Source: a bacterium (lineage in GTDB: Bacteria; Desulfobacterota; DSWW01). Taken from it: a DNA stretch of 64,000 nt. The notes under the pieces are model-generated. The model worked only from the letters and a program-made list of their open reading frames with translations, was not told the origin of the DNA and made no database searches. The stretch covers positions 1 to 64,000 of the forward strand of contig JBFLZG010000062.1 in assembly GCA_040756235.1 (NCBI GenBank). The letters run 5' to 3'. The position numbers and the translations under genes are program-made. Below, piece after piece: positions 29,444 to 39,296 of the stretch (its first letter is position 1; every line of letters starts with the position of its first letter).

Positions 29444-32206
29444 ATGAAGTCCGCCAGCGCGAAAGCGTATGTCCAGGTGGCTGAGCAGAAGCGCTTGAAC
29501 GATGCCCGCGAGCTCGGACTCCCGTGGAAGAAGTGGGGACCCTACTTGAGCGAAAGGCAGTGGGGTACGGTGCGCGAAGACTATAGCGGGGACGGCAACG
29601 CGTGGGACTACTTCTCCCATGACCAGTCTCGCTCTCGGGCGTACCGCTGGGGGGAGGATGGTCTTGGAGGGATCTGCGACGACCGGCAGCTCTTGTGCTT
29701 CGCGATCGCGCTGTGGAACGGCCGCGACCCCATTCTCAAAGAACGTCTGTTCGGTCTCACCAACAGCGAGGGCAATCACGGAGAAGACGTCAAGGAATAC
29801 TACTTCTACCTGGACAGCACCCCGACCCACTCGTACATGAAGTTCCTTTACAAGTATCCCCAGCGGGAATTCCCCTACCGGGATCTCGTCGAGACGAACC
29901 GGCGCCGGTCGCGGGAGGAACTCGAGTACGAGCTCCTCGACACCGGCGTGTTCGAGGAGAATCGATATTTCGACGTCTTCGTGGAATATGCCAAGGCCGA
30001 CCCCGAGGACATTCTGATCCGCATTTCCGTGCACAACCGGGGCCCGCAGGAAGCCGAGCTCCACCTGCTCCCGACGCTCTGGTTCCGCAACACCTGGTCG
30101 AGCGAGGGGGGCGAGCCCGAGCCTGCGCTGCGTCAGGTCGGGAGCACCACGGTTCAGGCCTCCTCCAAGCAGTTGGGCGAGTACACGCTGGAGTGCGCAG
30201 AGAGCAGGGAGCTGCTGTTCACGGAGAACGAGACGAATATTGCCCGGCTCTGGGGCCAGCCGAATCGCACGCCGTACGTGAAGGATGCCTTCCACGAGTA
30301 CCTGATTTCAGGGAGACGGGATGCCGTCAATCCCGTGAAAACCGGAACCAAGGCCGCCGCTCACTACATCTTTGCGCTGGCGGCAGGCGAGTGCAAGGTC
30401 GTCCGTGTGCGGCTGAGCGGCAAGCAAGCGGGTGACCCGTACGCCACTTTCGATGAAGAGTTCTTCATGCGCCAGGCCGAGGCGGACGAGTTCTATGACC
30501 GGATCTCACCCGAATCCTTCTGCGCCGATGAGCGCCTCGTGCACCGCCAGGCGCTCGCCGGGATGCTGTGGAGCAAGCAGTACTACTATTTCGATCTGGA
30601 CAAATGGCTGGAGGAACACAAAGCTCACCCCCTGCGGCAAGCCGGGGCGCGCAGCGTCCGCAATGCCGAGTGGTTCCACATGCTCAACAGCGACGTCATT
30701 TCCATGCCGGACAAGTGGGAATACCCGTGGTATGCGGCATGGGACCTGGCGTTCCACACGCTCGCCCTTTCGGTGGTGGATTTCGATTTTGCCAAGGAGC
30801 AGCTGCTGCTGATGCTGCGCAATCTGTACGCTCACCCGAGCGGGCAGATTCCGGCCTACGAGTGGAACTTCGGCGACGTGAACCCGCCCGTGCACGCGTG
30901 GGCCACGCTGTTCCTGTACAACATCGAAAGGGAGCTGGGGCGTGCCGACATCCGCTTTCTCGAACGTTCCTTTCAAGGGCTGATGCTCAATTTCAACTGG
31001 TGGCTGAACCGCAAGGATCCCCAGGGACGCAGCATCTTCGCCGGCGGCTTCCTCGGCCTGGACAACATCGGCGTGTTCGACCGCAGCTCCGCCCTGCCCA
31101 CCGGGGGTCATCTCGACCAGGCGGACGGTACGGCGTGGATCGCCTTCTTCTGCCAGAACATGCTGGAGATCGCGCTCATCCTGAGCGACTACGACCCGAT
31201 TTACGATGAGACGGCGGTCCGCTTTCTCCAGCACTTCCTGCAAATCGCCTACGCGATGGACCGGATGGGCGACCATCACGACGAGATGTGGGACGAGGAG
31301 GACGGGTTCTTCTACGATCTGCTGCATCTGCCGAACGGTCAGTCGATGCGTCTGAAGGTCCGCTCCATGGTGGGGCTCCTGCCGCTGTGCGCCTCGACCG
31401 TGTTCGAGCCGAGCGTCCTGGAGCGGCACCCGAAGCTGCAGGAAGGGATCGCCGTCATCCTGAAGCGGCTTCCTGATTTGGTGAGCCATATCGCGCCGGC
31501 GGACGGCAAGTTCGTCGGTCACGGAGGACGCCGGCTCTTGTCGGTCTGCAACAAGAAGAAGCTCGAGCGCGTGCTGCGCTACGTGCTCGATGAGAATGAA
31601 TTTCTCGGCCCCTACGGCATACGGTCCTTGTCCCGTTGCCACCTGGAACATCCGTTCGTTTTCTGGCTCGGGGGACAGGAATACAAGGTCTCCTACCTGC
31701 CTGCAGAGTCGAACACCGGGATGTTCGGCGGCAACTCCAACTGGCGCGGCCCCGTGTGGATGCCGGTCAACGCTCTGTTGATCCGGGCCTTGGTGAACCT
31801 GTATCAGTTCTATGGCGAGGACTTCAAGGTCGAGTGCCCGACAGGTTCCGGAAGGTATATGACGCTGTTCGAAGTGGCGCACGAGATCAGCCGCAGACTG
31901 GCGCGGATCTTTCTCCGTGACGGCAGCGGGAACCGCCCCGTCTATGGCGGAACCAGGAAGTTCCAGGAGGATCCCCACTGGCGGGATTGCATCCTGTTCT
32001 ATGAATATTTCCACGGCGACAACGGAGCGGGGCTGGGAGCCAGCCACCAGACGGGGTGGACGGGGGTCGTCGCCCGCCTGATGGATCTGTTTGGCCGGAT
32101 GCGACCCGCTGACTTGCTGGAGACCTCGAAAGATGAGCTTCTGGCGCGCATGACGCGGGATCAGGTCGCGGGCAGGAAGCGCGAAGTGGACGTCGCGGAG
32201 GTCTGA
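29444..32206 (+). CDS. GH63 / MGH1-like glucosidase
   Basis: [39 protein letters not shown] and [12 protein letters not shown] 29444 after GAGGAG. Confidence 0.88.
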   Translation: MKSASAKAYVQVAEQKRLNDARELGLPWKKWGPYLSERQWGTVREDYSGDGNAWDYFSHDQSRSRAYRWGEDGLGGICDDRQLLCFAIALWNGRDPILKERLFGLTNSEGNHGEDVKEYYFYLDSTPTHSYMKFLYKYPQREFPYRDLVETNRRRSREELEYELLDTGVFEENRYFDVFVEYAKADPEDILIRISVHNRGPQEAELHLLPTLWFRNTWSSEGGEPEPALRQVGSTTVQASSKQLGEYTLECAESRELLFTENETNIARLWGQPNRTPYVKDAFHEYLISGRRDAVNPVKTGTKAAAHYIFALAAGECKVVRVRLSGKQAGDPYATFDEEFFMRQAEADEFYDRISPESFCADERLVHRQALAGMLWSKQYYYFDLDKWLEEHKAHPLRQAGARSVRNAEWFHMLNSDVISMPDKWEYPWYAAWDLAFHTLALSVVDFDFAKEQLLLMLRNLYAHPSGQIPAYEWNFGDVNPPVHAWATLFLYNIERELGRADIRFLERSFQGLMLNFNWWLNRKDPQGRSIFAGGFLGLDNIGVFDRSSALPTGGHLDQADGTAWIAFFCQNMLEIALILSDYDPIYDETAVRFLQHFLQIAYAMDRMGDHHDEMWDEEDGFFYDLLHLPNGQSMRLKVRSMVGLLPLCASTVFEPSVLERHPKLQEGIAVILKRLPDLVSHIAPADGKFVGHGGRRLLSVCNKKKLERVLRYVLDENEFLGPYGIRSLSRCHLEHPFVFWLGGQEYKVSYLPAESNTGMFGGNSNWRGPVWMPVNALLIRALVNLYQFYGEDFKVECPTGSGRYMTLFEVAHEISRRLARIFLRDGSGNRPVYGGTRKFQEDPHWRDCILFYEYFHGDNGAGLGASHQTGWTGVVARLMDLFGRMRPADLLETSKDELLARMTRDQVAGRKREVDVAEV

Positions 32207-32244
32207 GGCCGAGGGCAGGCAGGAGGGGAGGTGTTACATCGGTC

Positions 32245-32940
32245 GTGTTGTCCGTTAAGGCCAACCTGAAGGGTGTCGGGCTGCAATGGATCGATGAGCA
32301 CCGGCACGAGTTGCTGTTGCTCGCTACCGTTCTGGTCCTCGTGCTGCCGGCTTTCTCGGGCAGGGGCGTCCTGTCGAATCTTCTCTTTGTCATCAGTATG
32401 AGCTTCCTCCTGGTGCAGAGCGTGGTCTCCACCCGTCCTCGGGGATCGCGCAGACTCGGCCTGCGGTACTTGATCGTTCTCGTCCTGATCACTCTCTTCT
32501 GGAGCAAGCCAGCGGGACTGGAGTCCGAGGGGCTGGACGTCGTTCGCCTGCTGCTGGTCATAGGATTCTTCGCGTCCGTCACGGTCTCATTGGCCAGGGC
32601 GATCAGTCGATGTGCCGCGGTGAACGTCGGGGTGATTCTGACGGCAATCAACATCTACCTGTTGATCGGGATCATCGCGGGTAACCTATCCTTCCTATTT
32701 CATGAGCTTTATTCCGGTGCCTACGCCTTCCCGGCGGGCGCGGCACCGCCTGACTTCGGAAGCTTCATCTACTATAGCTTCGTAACGATGTCGACCGTCG
32801 GCTATGGGGATATCACACCGCGCATCCCGGAAACGCAGACACTGGCATACGTGATGGCCATCGTGGGCCAGTTGTACGTTGCCATCGTCATCGCGTTTCT
32901 GGTGGGGAAGCGTCTCGGCCAGTCGAGCGGCCAGGGCTAG
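32245..32940 (+). CDS. Potassium-channel-family membrane protein
   Basis: TMSTVGYGDI selectivity-filter motif with several TM helices. Confidence 0.82.
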   Translation: MLSVKANLKGVGLQWIDEHRHELLLLATVLVLVLPAFSGRGVLSNLLFVISMSFLLVQSVVSTRPRGSRRLGLRYLIVLVLITLFWSKPAGLESEGLDVVRLLLVIGFFASVTVSLARAISRCAAVNVGVILTAINIYLLIGIIAGNLSFLFHELYSGAYAFPAGAAPPDFGSFIYYSFVTMSTVGYGDITPRIPETQTLAYVMAIVGQLYVAIVIAFLVGKRLGQSSGQG

Positions 32941-33222
32941 ACCCTCGCTGCCCCGCGGAAGTCTATGAAGACGTCTCCCCGTATCGTTTCATTCCATGCC
33001 GCCTGCGGGAACTGTCGCCCCTGCAACTGAGGGTCAGGACTCGGGATGTCTGCCTCACACCTGTTATCGGCAGAGGCACATCCAACCCCTCAGAAGGGCA
33101 ATTTGAAAAGGCGCCCGAGCACGCGAAATTGAAACCGGGGATGTACACGATGTATCTGGCGATTATGATGGCCAGGCTGGTGGGGGTGCACATCTGCCAG
33201 ACCTACCACAGGAGGACTTCAT

Positions 33223-34467
33223 GTGACCCTCATGGTCGTGTTTACGGTCTTGTTATTTGCTTACAGCCTGGTCTCCAGAGAGGTGGAGCGGAGCGTGCTG
33301 ACCGCGCCCATCGTGTTCACTGCCGCCGGGATGCTGGTGTACCTTCTGCTGCTGCCGCAGTTGAGAGAAAAGCAGGTGGATCTGGGACTGTGGCTCCAGG
33401 TAGCCGAGGTGGGCCTCGTGCTGCTGCTGTTCACCGATGCCAGCCGCACGGACCTTCAGCTTCTGAAGAACATCAGGAATCTTCCCCTCAGACTGCTGAG
33501 CACGGGGATGCTCCTGACCATTCTTCTGGGTGGCGGCGCTGCTCTACTCCTCTTTCCCACCCTATCCATCTGGGAAGCCGGCATCCTGGGTGCCATCCTG
33601 GCCCCGACGGATGCGGGGCTCGGGCAGGTCATCGTGAGCAGCCCCCGCGTGCCCAGGAAGATCCGGGAGGCCTTGAATGTGGAGGCAGGCCTCAACGACG
33701 GCCTTTCCGTTCCATTCCTGCTCTTCTTCATGGCCCTGGCCGGCACGACCGCCGAAGGGCGCGAGGCACGCCTGGTAAGCTTCATATGGGAGCAACTCGG
33801 GTATGGAGTCTTGGTCGGTGTAGGCGTTGGGCTGGTCGGCGGCTGGCTTCTGGGCCGAGCGCATCGCTCTAAGTACATGGCCGAATCTTGGCAGCAACTG
33901 GGCGTGGTGGCGCTCCCGGCGGTCTGTCTGGTGGCTTCCAGGGGCACCGGCGCAAGCATGTTCATTGCAGCCTTCGTGGCCGGGCTGGCGGTACAAGTGG
34001 GTTTCAAGGAGGCGGGCAGGCACAGCGTAGAGTTCACCGAGCAATGGGGGCAGGCGCTGAACCTCTCCGTCTTTTTCCTATTCGGCCTGCTGGTCTCGCG
34101 GGCCTTGCCCCGGTTCGATGTTCGGCTCGTCGTGTATGCGGTCCTGAGCGTCACGCTGGTCCGCATGGTGCCGGTGGCCATCGCGCTCCTGGGCGCGAGA
34201 TTGAGCATAGCCACCGTGCTCTTCATGGGCTGGTTCGGTCCGCGCGGACTTGCATCCATCGTGCTCGGGCTGGTGTACCTGGAAGAGGCCCCTCAGGTGA
34301 CCGACCCCACCATCCGTCTTGCCGTGGCGGCGACCGTGCTGTTCAGCATCTTCGCGCATGGGTTGACCGCCGGGCCCGGAATCGAGCTTTACACAAGGAA
34401 GATCGCGGCACTGGGTCCGGGTGCCCTGGAGCAGCAGGGAGCAGAGGAGAAAGCCGCCCCACGATGA
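33223..34467 (+). CDS. Cation:proton antiporter (CPA1/NhaP-like)
   Basis: LAPTDA, EAGLNDG and WFGPRGLAS; RBS AGGAGG. Confidence 0.88.
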   Translation: MTLMVVFTVLLFAYSLVSREVERSVLTAPIVFTAAGMLVYLLLLPQLREKQVDLGLWLQVAEVGLVLLLFTDASRTDLQLLKNIRNLPLRLLSTGMLLTILLGGGAALLLFPTLSIWEAGILGAILAPTDAGLGQVIVSSPRVPRKIREALNVEAGLNDGLSVPFLLFFMALAGTTAEGREARLVSFIWEQLGYGVLVGVGVGLVGGWLLGRAHRSKYMAESWQQLGVVALPAVCLVASRGTGASMFIAAFVAGLAVQVGFKEAGRHSVEFTEQWGQALNLSVFFLFGLLVSRALPRFDVRLVVYAVLSVTLVRMVPVAIALLGARLSIATVLFMGWFGPRGLASIVLGLVYLEEAPQVTDPTIRLAVAATVLFSIFAHGLTAGPGIELYTRKIAALGPGALEQQGAEEKAAPR

Positions 34468-34509
34468 GGGAGTTCGAAGGAGTTCCAGAAGAAGAGAAGC
34501 TTCGCGGCA

Positions 34510-34710
34510 CTCTGGAGCGGTGAGCAGGAAAGCCTGACCCGCGAGGTAGTAGAGGACACAAATGTCGGGGCCATGGAGCTTCACGACTTCCTGGACCATC
34601 TCGTCGGGGGGGCCCTCGTCATTACCCCTGGAGACCGTCGTGAATATGGTCGCCGTTACGGCAATCCGGGCGCAGGAGAGGGGGGGCGGTGCATGAGGAT
34701 CCTGGTCGTC
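34510..34710 (+). pseudogene. Degenerate, internally deleted remnant of pta plus the first codons of ackA
   Basis: 34510-34637 aligns by eye to pta 53943-54067, and 34638-34710 aligns to 55321-55393 (pta end, ackA start), with substitutions and small indels. Confidence 0.85.
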
Positions 34711-34721
34711 CCCCCCGCATG

Positions 34722-34937
34722 TCACTGGGCCGGAATGTAGGGCACCTCCTTTCCCCACCAACCCTGTTCCTGAGACTTGTTCGCTTCCTCGTCCGAAGGG
34801 GTCCGATAGCCCCAGAGGCTGAATTTCATGTGATCCCAGTTCTTCCACGTGGAATCATGCTGCCTGAGTTCCGAATTCCTTGACAGGCAGCCCGTCAGAA
34901 GGATCCCTGCCGCGACGATGAGAACCAGTCTTTTCAT
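34722..34937 (-). CDS. Small Trp-rich lipoprotein, unknown function
   Basis: GGAG RBS; MKR-hydrophobic-LTGC lipobox; 71 aa. Confidence 0.75.
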   Translation of the reverse strand: MKRLVLIVAAGILLTGCLSRNSELRQHDSTWKNWDHMKFSLWGYRTPSDEEANKSQEQGWWGKEVPYIPAQ

Positions 34938-35063
34938 TTCTTGACTCCTCCCTGTCTCTCTTGAGGTTGCGGCAGACCTTTCCTGCGGGGCCGCACGAGG
35001 CCCCGCCGGCCCCGTACCGTTGCCTTCACCGCCTCGTAGCCCTGGCCTGCCTCCCGCTATCGA

Positions 35064-36386
35064 TCAGCGCATGGCGCCCGGCTGACCGGTCGACGCCAGT
35101 ACGCTGCTCCAAAGCGCTCCCTCGGGGTCGATTCTCTTGCGCTGCGCAACCGCAAGGGAGATCGGCACATGAGTGAATTGGTGGTTCCAGAAGCCGACGA
35201 CCATGTTCGTACGTCCGCTCATGCCGGCGTGCACGGCGCTGTGTCCGAGAAGGAGGCAGAAGGCGGAATCGTGGGCGTTCGCCGAGACGCTCCGGATGGT
35301 ATAGCTGGGGTCGATGTACTTGAGCGTCAAGTCCGTACCGATCCTCTTGAAATGTTCTCGGATCGCGTCCCGTAGAAACGCGCCGACGTCTCCGTACTTG
35401 ACGTTCCCGGAAGCATCTCGCTCCGCCGACTGGGCCATCAGGTTCTGGCCCGCACCCTCGGCGACGACGATGACGGCGTGACCTCGGCGATGGAGTCGCT
35501 GCTGCAGCTCCGCCAGAAATCGTTCGAGGGTAAAGGGGACCTCGGGGATGAGACAGAAATTCACCTGGCTGTGGGCGAGGACGGAAAAGGCTGCAATGAA
35601 CCCCGAATCGCGGCCCATGAGCTTTACCAACCCGATCCCGTTCCGTGCAGCCTCTGCCTCGCAGTGGGCTGCGTAGATCGCTCTCCGTGCCTCGCTGACC
35701 GCCGTCTCGAAACCGAACGTGGTCTGCACGAACGAGATGTCATTGTCGATGGTCTTCGGGATGCCGATGACGCCGATCTCCAGGCCCCGGCGCAACGCTT
35801 CGTCGCTGATCTTCTGCGCTCCTCGCAAGGTGCCGTCGCCGCCGATGGCGAAGAGGAGGCCGATCCCCATTTCCTCCAAGGTCTTCACCATCTCCGCCGG
35901 AGCCTGGGGTCCTCGGGAGGAGCCGAGGAGGGAGCCCCCCGCCTCGTGGATCCGGTTGACCGCATCGGGCGTGAGCTCCAGAGGCTGGTGTCCATACCGG
36001 GACACGAGTCCTTCGTAGCCGAAGCGGAACCCGTAAACCCGATTCACGCCGTAATGGTGGTAGAGGCTCAGCACGATCGAACGGATCACATCGTTCAATC
36101 CCGGACAGAGGCCGCCGCAGGTGAGGATCCCGCAGGCGAGCTTCGGCGGGTCAAAGAATATCTGCTCTCTCGGTCCCGCAGCCTCCATCCCGGGAGGATC
36201 TGCGCCCCGGTCCAGGAAGGCCTTCATGTCTTTGAAGCACCGGTGGTAGAGCACGCGCTCGTCATCACCGGTGAAGCGGGCACCCGCCAGCGGCGACGGC
36301 ATGCTGCACTGCCCGAGCCGCGGTATCGTGAAATCAAGATTGCCGTCGGAGATATGAGGTGTCGACACGCCTTCCATCGGGGTCAT
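35064..36386 (-). CDS. pfk: 6-phosphofructokinase, probably ATP-dependent
   Basis: TCGGLCPGLN, GGDGT (Gly indicates the ATP type), PKTIDND and MGRDSG. ATG 36386 after GGAGG. Confidence 0.9.
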   Translation of the reverse strand: MTPMEGVSTPHISDGNLDFTIPRLGQCSMPSPLAGARFTGDDERVLYHRCFKDMKAFLDRGADPPGMEAAGPREQIFFDPPKLACGILTCGGLCPGLNDVIRSIVLSLYHHYGVNRVYGFRFGYEGLVSRYGHQPLELTPDAVNRIHEAGGSLLGSSRGPQAPAEMVKTLEEMGIGLLFAIGGDGTLRGAQKISDEALRRGLEIGVIGIPKTIDNDISFVQTTFGFETAVSEARRAIYAAHCEAEAARNGIGLVKLMGRDSGFIAAFSVLAHSQVNFCLIPEVPFTLERFLAELQQRLHRRGHAVIVVAEGAGQNLMAQSAERDASGNVKYGDVGAFLRDAIREHFKRIGTDLTLKYIDPSYTIRSVSANAHDSAFCLLLGHSAVHAGMSGRTNMVVGFWNHQFTHVPISLAVAQRKRIDPEGALWSSVLASTGQPGAMR

Positions 36387-36416
36387 GGTTCTGGTGCCTC
36401 CAGGGAATCGTCGTAT

Positions 36417-36432
36417 CGCAAGATGAGTGCCA
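36417..36432 (-). promoter_or_regulatory. Sigma-54 promoter for pfk
   Basis: Minus strand TGGCACTCATCTTGCG, an exact TGGCAC-N5-TTGC match. Confidence 0.8.
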
Positions 36433-36531
36433 TGCTGCCGAAGACGGGTGGGTAGCGATCTTCTGCTGTGCATCAGGCACGTTAGAGAGGAGACGGCTCC
36501 GTTAGGACCGACCGGGGAGGGCGCTCCCGGA

Positions 36532-36564
36532 GTCGCTATGTCGACCCAACGTCGAACTGTCGTA
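36532..36564. promoter_or_regulatory. Tandem palindromic putative UAS
   Basis: GTCGCTATGTCGAC (36532) and GTCGAACTGTCGTA (36551), 19 bp apart, ~100 bp from each flanking sigma-54 element. Confidence 0.62.
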
Positions 36565-36665
36565 CCTCGGGAGGCCCTCCCCACCCGGGGCTGCAAATCG
36601 CCACAGTTGTCTCAACATGCCGGAAATACACGCTATCGGACACCCTGCTCGGATTGCGAAAGGCG

Positions 36666-36681
36666 TGGCATGAGTTGCGCA
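36666..36681 (+). promoter_or_regulatory. Sigma-54 promoter candidate
   Basis: TGGCATGAGTTGCGCA (GG-N10-GC), upstream of 36783. Confidence 0.5.
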
Positions 36682-36782
36682 AAATGGGTGACGCAGGTCC
36701 GACGGATGGGCAGGTTCGAGCATCCCATGCGAAGGACACGAATTTCGGAGACAACTTCGACATTAGCAACGGAGGCGTCTAG

Positions 36783-37055
36783 ATGGTTCGCAAACTCTAT
36801 TTGATCTTGGTGCTGGCTGTTGGCGGGGGGATGGTTCTTCCAACAATCGGTTACTCTCAAACGGAAGGCATGGAACGGCGGCAAGAGCGTCGGGGTGATC
36901 GGCAGGAAGTACGAGACACGAGGCAGACGGGCCGACAAGAGGCGCGTGACGCCAAGGCTGACTGCCGTGAAGGAGATCAGAGCCGGGCGGAGTGTCGGCA
37001 GTTGAAGCGAGAAATGAAACAAGATGCGCGCGAGGGGGCCCGGGAGATCCGGTAG
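36783..37055 (+). CDS. Small secreted Arg/Glu/Gln-rich helical protein
   Basis: GGAGG RBS, signal-like N-terminus, charged repetitive body with two Cys. Confidence 0.7.
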   Translation: MVRKLYLILVLAVGGGMVLPTIGYSQTEGMERRQERRGDRQEVRDTRQTGRQEARDAKADCREGDQSRAECRQLKREMKQDAREGAREIR

Positions 37056-37174
37056 AACGACGGAGGCGGGTGGTTCAACCAACTCCCCTCCGCAAGCCTC
37101 ATGGAGAAATTGCACCGAGACCCGCGCCCTCCCCTTGGCGTGCCCACGCCGAGCTCAGGAAGGGGGACCGTGCG

Positions 37175-37393
37175 GTGAAAAGGCAACTTGGGATCCCAGC
37201 GTCCGTGGCTCTGGTATGGATTTTCCTGCTGGCGGCCTGTGACTACGGAGCCTGTTATTACACGGAGGGAGGGTCTCGGGGCAGCATAGTGGTTTTCTGT
37301 GAAGAAACGTCAGAAGATGATTGTGACGGCGACTTCTGGGTGGAAGATGAAGACTGTGGCTGTCATGACTACTACTGGGCGTACGGTTGTTGA
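37175..37393 (+). CDS. Small Cys-rich acidic lipoprotein
   Basis: GTG 37175 after a purine-rich RBS; lipobox LAAC; six further Cys in an Asp/Glu-rich 50-aa mature part. Confidence 0.6.
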   Translation: MKRQLGIPASVALVWIFLLAACDYGACYYTEGGSRGSIVVFCEETSEDDCDGDFWVEDEDCGCHDYYWAYGC

Positions 37394-37448
37394 TTGAGGA
37401 GTCAACACAGCATTCAGACCAGGTCATCATCTGAGTAGCGTGACCCGT

Positions 37449-38924
37449 TCAACCCCCGTCAGAGCTTTCGGAAGAGAAGGGGGGATCGGTCCATCGGAGG
37501 CTTTCGGTCATCTCCTGGAAGGACGCGAGGTCACGTTGGAACATATCCGGATCGATCGCATTGAAACGGATGCTGTGCAACCGGTCGCCTCTGAGAAAGC
37601 CGTAATAGAGCGTCCGGAAAGGACGGCCCTCCTTTGTCCGATAGGTGAAGACGAGCCTGAATCCCTCATGGTGATCGACCACGACCGGACGGTTCTCGAG
37701 GAGCTCGAAATCCAGAACGGCCCGGTCAGACGCGATCTCGTCTGAGATCACTGCGGCGGCCTCGCGCGGGAGCATCCCTCTCCGGAGTCTCTTCTCGGTG
37801 TGCGGAAAGCCTCTGTCCACATGAATTTCCTGGACAAGCACGTACTGCTGCATGGCCCCGTCCTTGGTCACGAGCAGCGGGCCGTCCCAGGTCACGCGCT
37901 TCCATCCCGGGGGGATTTGGATGGTTGCGGTGGGGGCCAGGATTTGCGCAGCAGGCGCCCTGGCCGAGGCATTTTTTTCCGCTGGAGTGCGGCGCCGAGC
38001 CAGTTCCTCAAGCATCTCCTGCGTCCTTGCATCATCGGGGCGAAGAGATCGATACCTCTCGAGCGACCGTTGCGCGGAACGAAGACGCCCGGCTTCGAGA
38101 TCGAGTGAGGCATTCTCCAGGAGCAAGTCTTCCACCGCCCTCGCATAGCTGTCGCTTTTGCGCAGCGTGCTGCGGCTCGTGTCGGGATCTTCTTCGACCA
38201 TCTCGCTCAGGATCTGGATCCGTTCCTGCAAGTCCGTGCGCAGCCGGCCGGTACTTGCGCTTTCACCGGCGAACGACTCCTCGGCCTCCTGCTGAAGCAG
38301 GAACAGGAGCCTTCGCGCTTCGGCCGGGTCATAACCTGCTCTCCTGATCAGGGACATCCCGACCCGATCGGCCTCCCGCTCGCAGTTCCGGACGGCATCA
38401 GCGAAGTCCTGCGGTGAGCCCTCTGCGATCCTTTGCCCATGCTTCCCGATGAAGGGGGAAGCTCGCTGCTCGGACGAGGACATACGCATGCACGGTAACC
38501 CGGGCCGGCCGAGGCCGTGCGCCAGTTCGTGGGCAAGGACCATGGCAAGCTGGGCCTCGTTTTCCAGACGGGCCAGCAGTCCTGTCGTGATGCAGATTCC
38601 GCCTTCTGGCAGCGACAGGGCTTCCAAGAACGGATCTTTCAAAACGAAAACGAAGAACGGGCTTCCCTCATCCGCGCGCATGTGCTCCGGCAGCAGGATC
38701 TCCATCACGTTACGGAGGTAATCCAGGAGGGCAGGATCCTGATAGAGCTGGCTGCGGTCCTCAGGGAGGCCGGTCGATGGATGGTTGAGCTTTTCCTCCA
38801 GGGTCGTGAAAGGAATATTCGAGCCTCGATGATCCGGGAGCCGGCCGGTGGAACAAGCGAACGAAGCGAGACAGGCAGCCGTGAGGGCCCCGTTCAGGAT
38901 TCGACTGACAAGTTGCGTTTTCAT
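37449..38924 (-). CDS. M48-family metallopeptidase lipoprotein with an extra C-terminal domain
   Basis: Lipobox-like FAC; TTGLLARLENEAQLAMVLAHELAH (HEXXH); EREAD..G; AGYDP. Confidence 0.82.
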   Translation of the reverse strand: MKTQLVSRILNGALTAACLASFACSTGRLPDHRGSNIPFTTLEEKLNHPSTGLPEDRSQLYQDPALLDYLRNVMEILLPEHMRADEGSPFFVFVLKDPFLEALSLPEGGICITTGLLARLENEAQLAMVLAHELAHGLGRPGLPCMRMSSSEQRASPFIGKHGQRIAEGSPQDFADAVRNCEREADRVGMSLIRRAGYDPAEARRLLFLLQQEAEESFAGESASTGRLRTDLQERIQILSEMVEEDPDTSRSTLRKSDSYARAVEDLLLENASLDLEAGRLRSAQRSLERYRSLRPDDARTQEMLEELARRRTPAEKNASARAPAAQILAPTATIQIPPGWKRVTWDGPLLVTKDGAMQQYVLVQEIHVDRGFPHTEKRLRRGMLPREAAAVISDEIASDRAVLDFELLENRPVVVDHHEGFRLVFTYRTKEGRPFRTLYYGFLRGDRLHSIRFNAIDPDMFQRDLASFQEMTESLRWTDPPFSSESSDGG

Positions 38925-39021
38925 TGCTCGAAGAACTTGGCGCTGCCGGGCCCGTTTTCATTGCCAAGGCCAACCGGCATTGGATGAGAGAGAGGCAAGA
39001 AGGGCTCGTATGGCTCTCCAC

Positions 39022-39037
39022 CGCAAATGGCGTGCCG
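39022..39037 (-). promoter_or_regulatory. Sigma-54 promoter for the M48 gene
   Basis: Minus strand CGGCACGCCATTTGCG. Confidence 0.7.
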
Positions 39038-39167
39038 CCTGCACCTACCGCCTTTTCCCCTGCAAATGCAGCCCCTTAGAGTTCCAAGGAAGTTTCGGTG
39101 CGGACCCGTTCACGAAGAAAGTAGCGAGCAGGTGACCAAAATGGCCAGGACCGCCCGCTCGGCCGGG

Positions 39168-39200
39168 GATGGCATGTAGACCCGGAGTCGACATGGCGAC
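39168..39200. promoter_or_regulatory. Tandem palindromic putative UAS
   Basis: GATGGCATGTAGAC (39168) and GTCGACATGGCGAC (39187), 19 bp apart. Confidence 0.62.
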
Positions 39201-39296
39201 TTCCCTGGGGCGGGCCTACCGTCGGTAGAGCCGCCCCCGCTCCTCTAAGTCGTTGCATCTACATAAGAATCAAACATCGCCGGGAGTACGGCAGTG

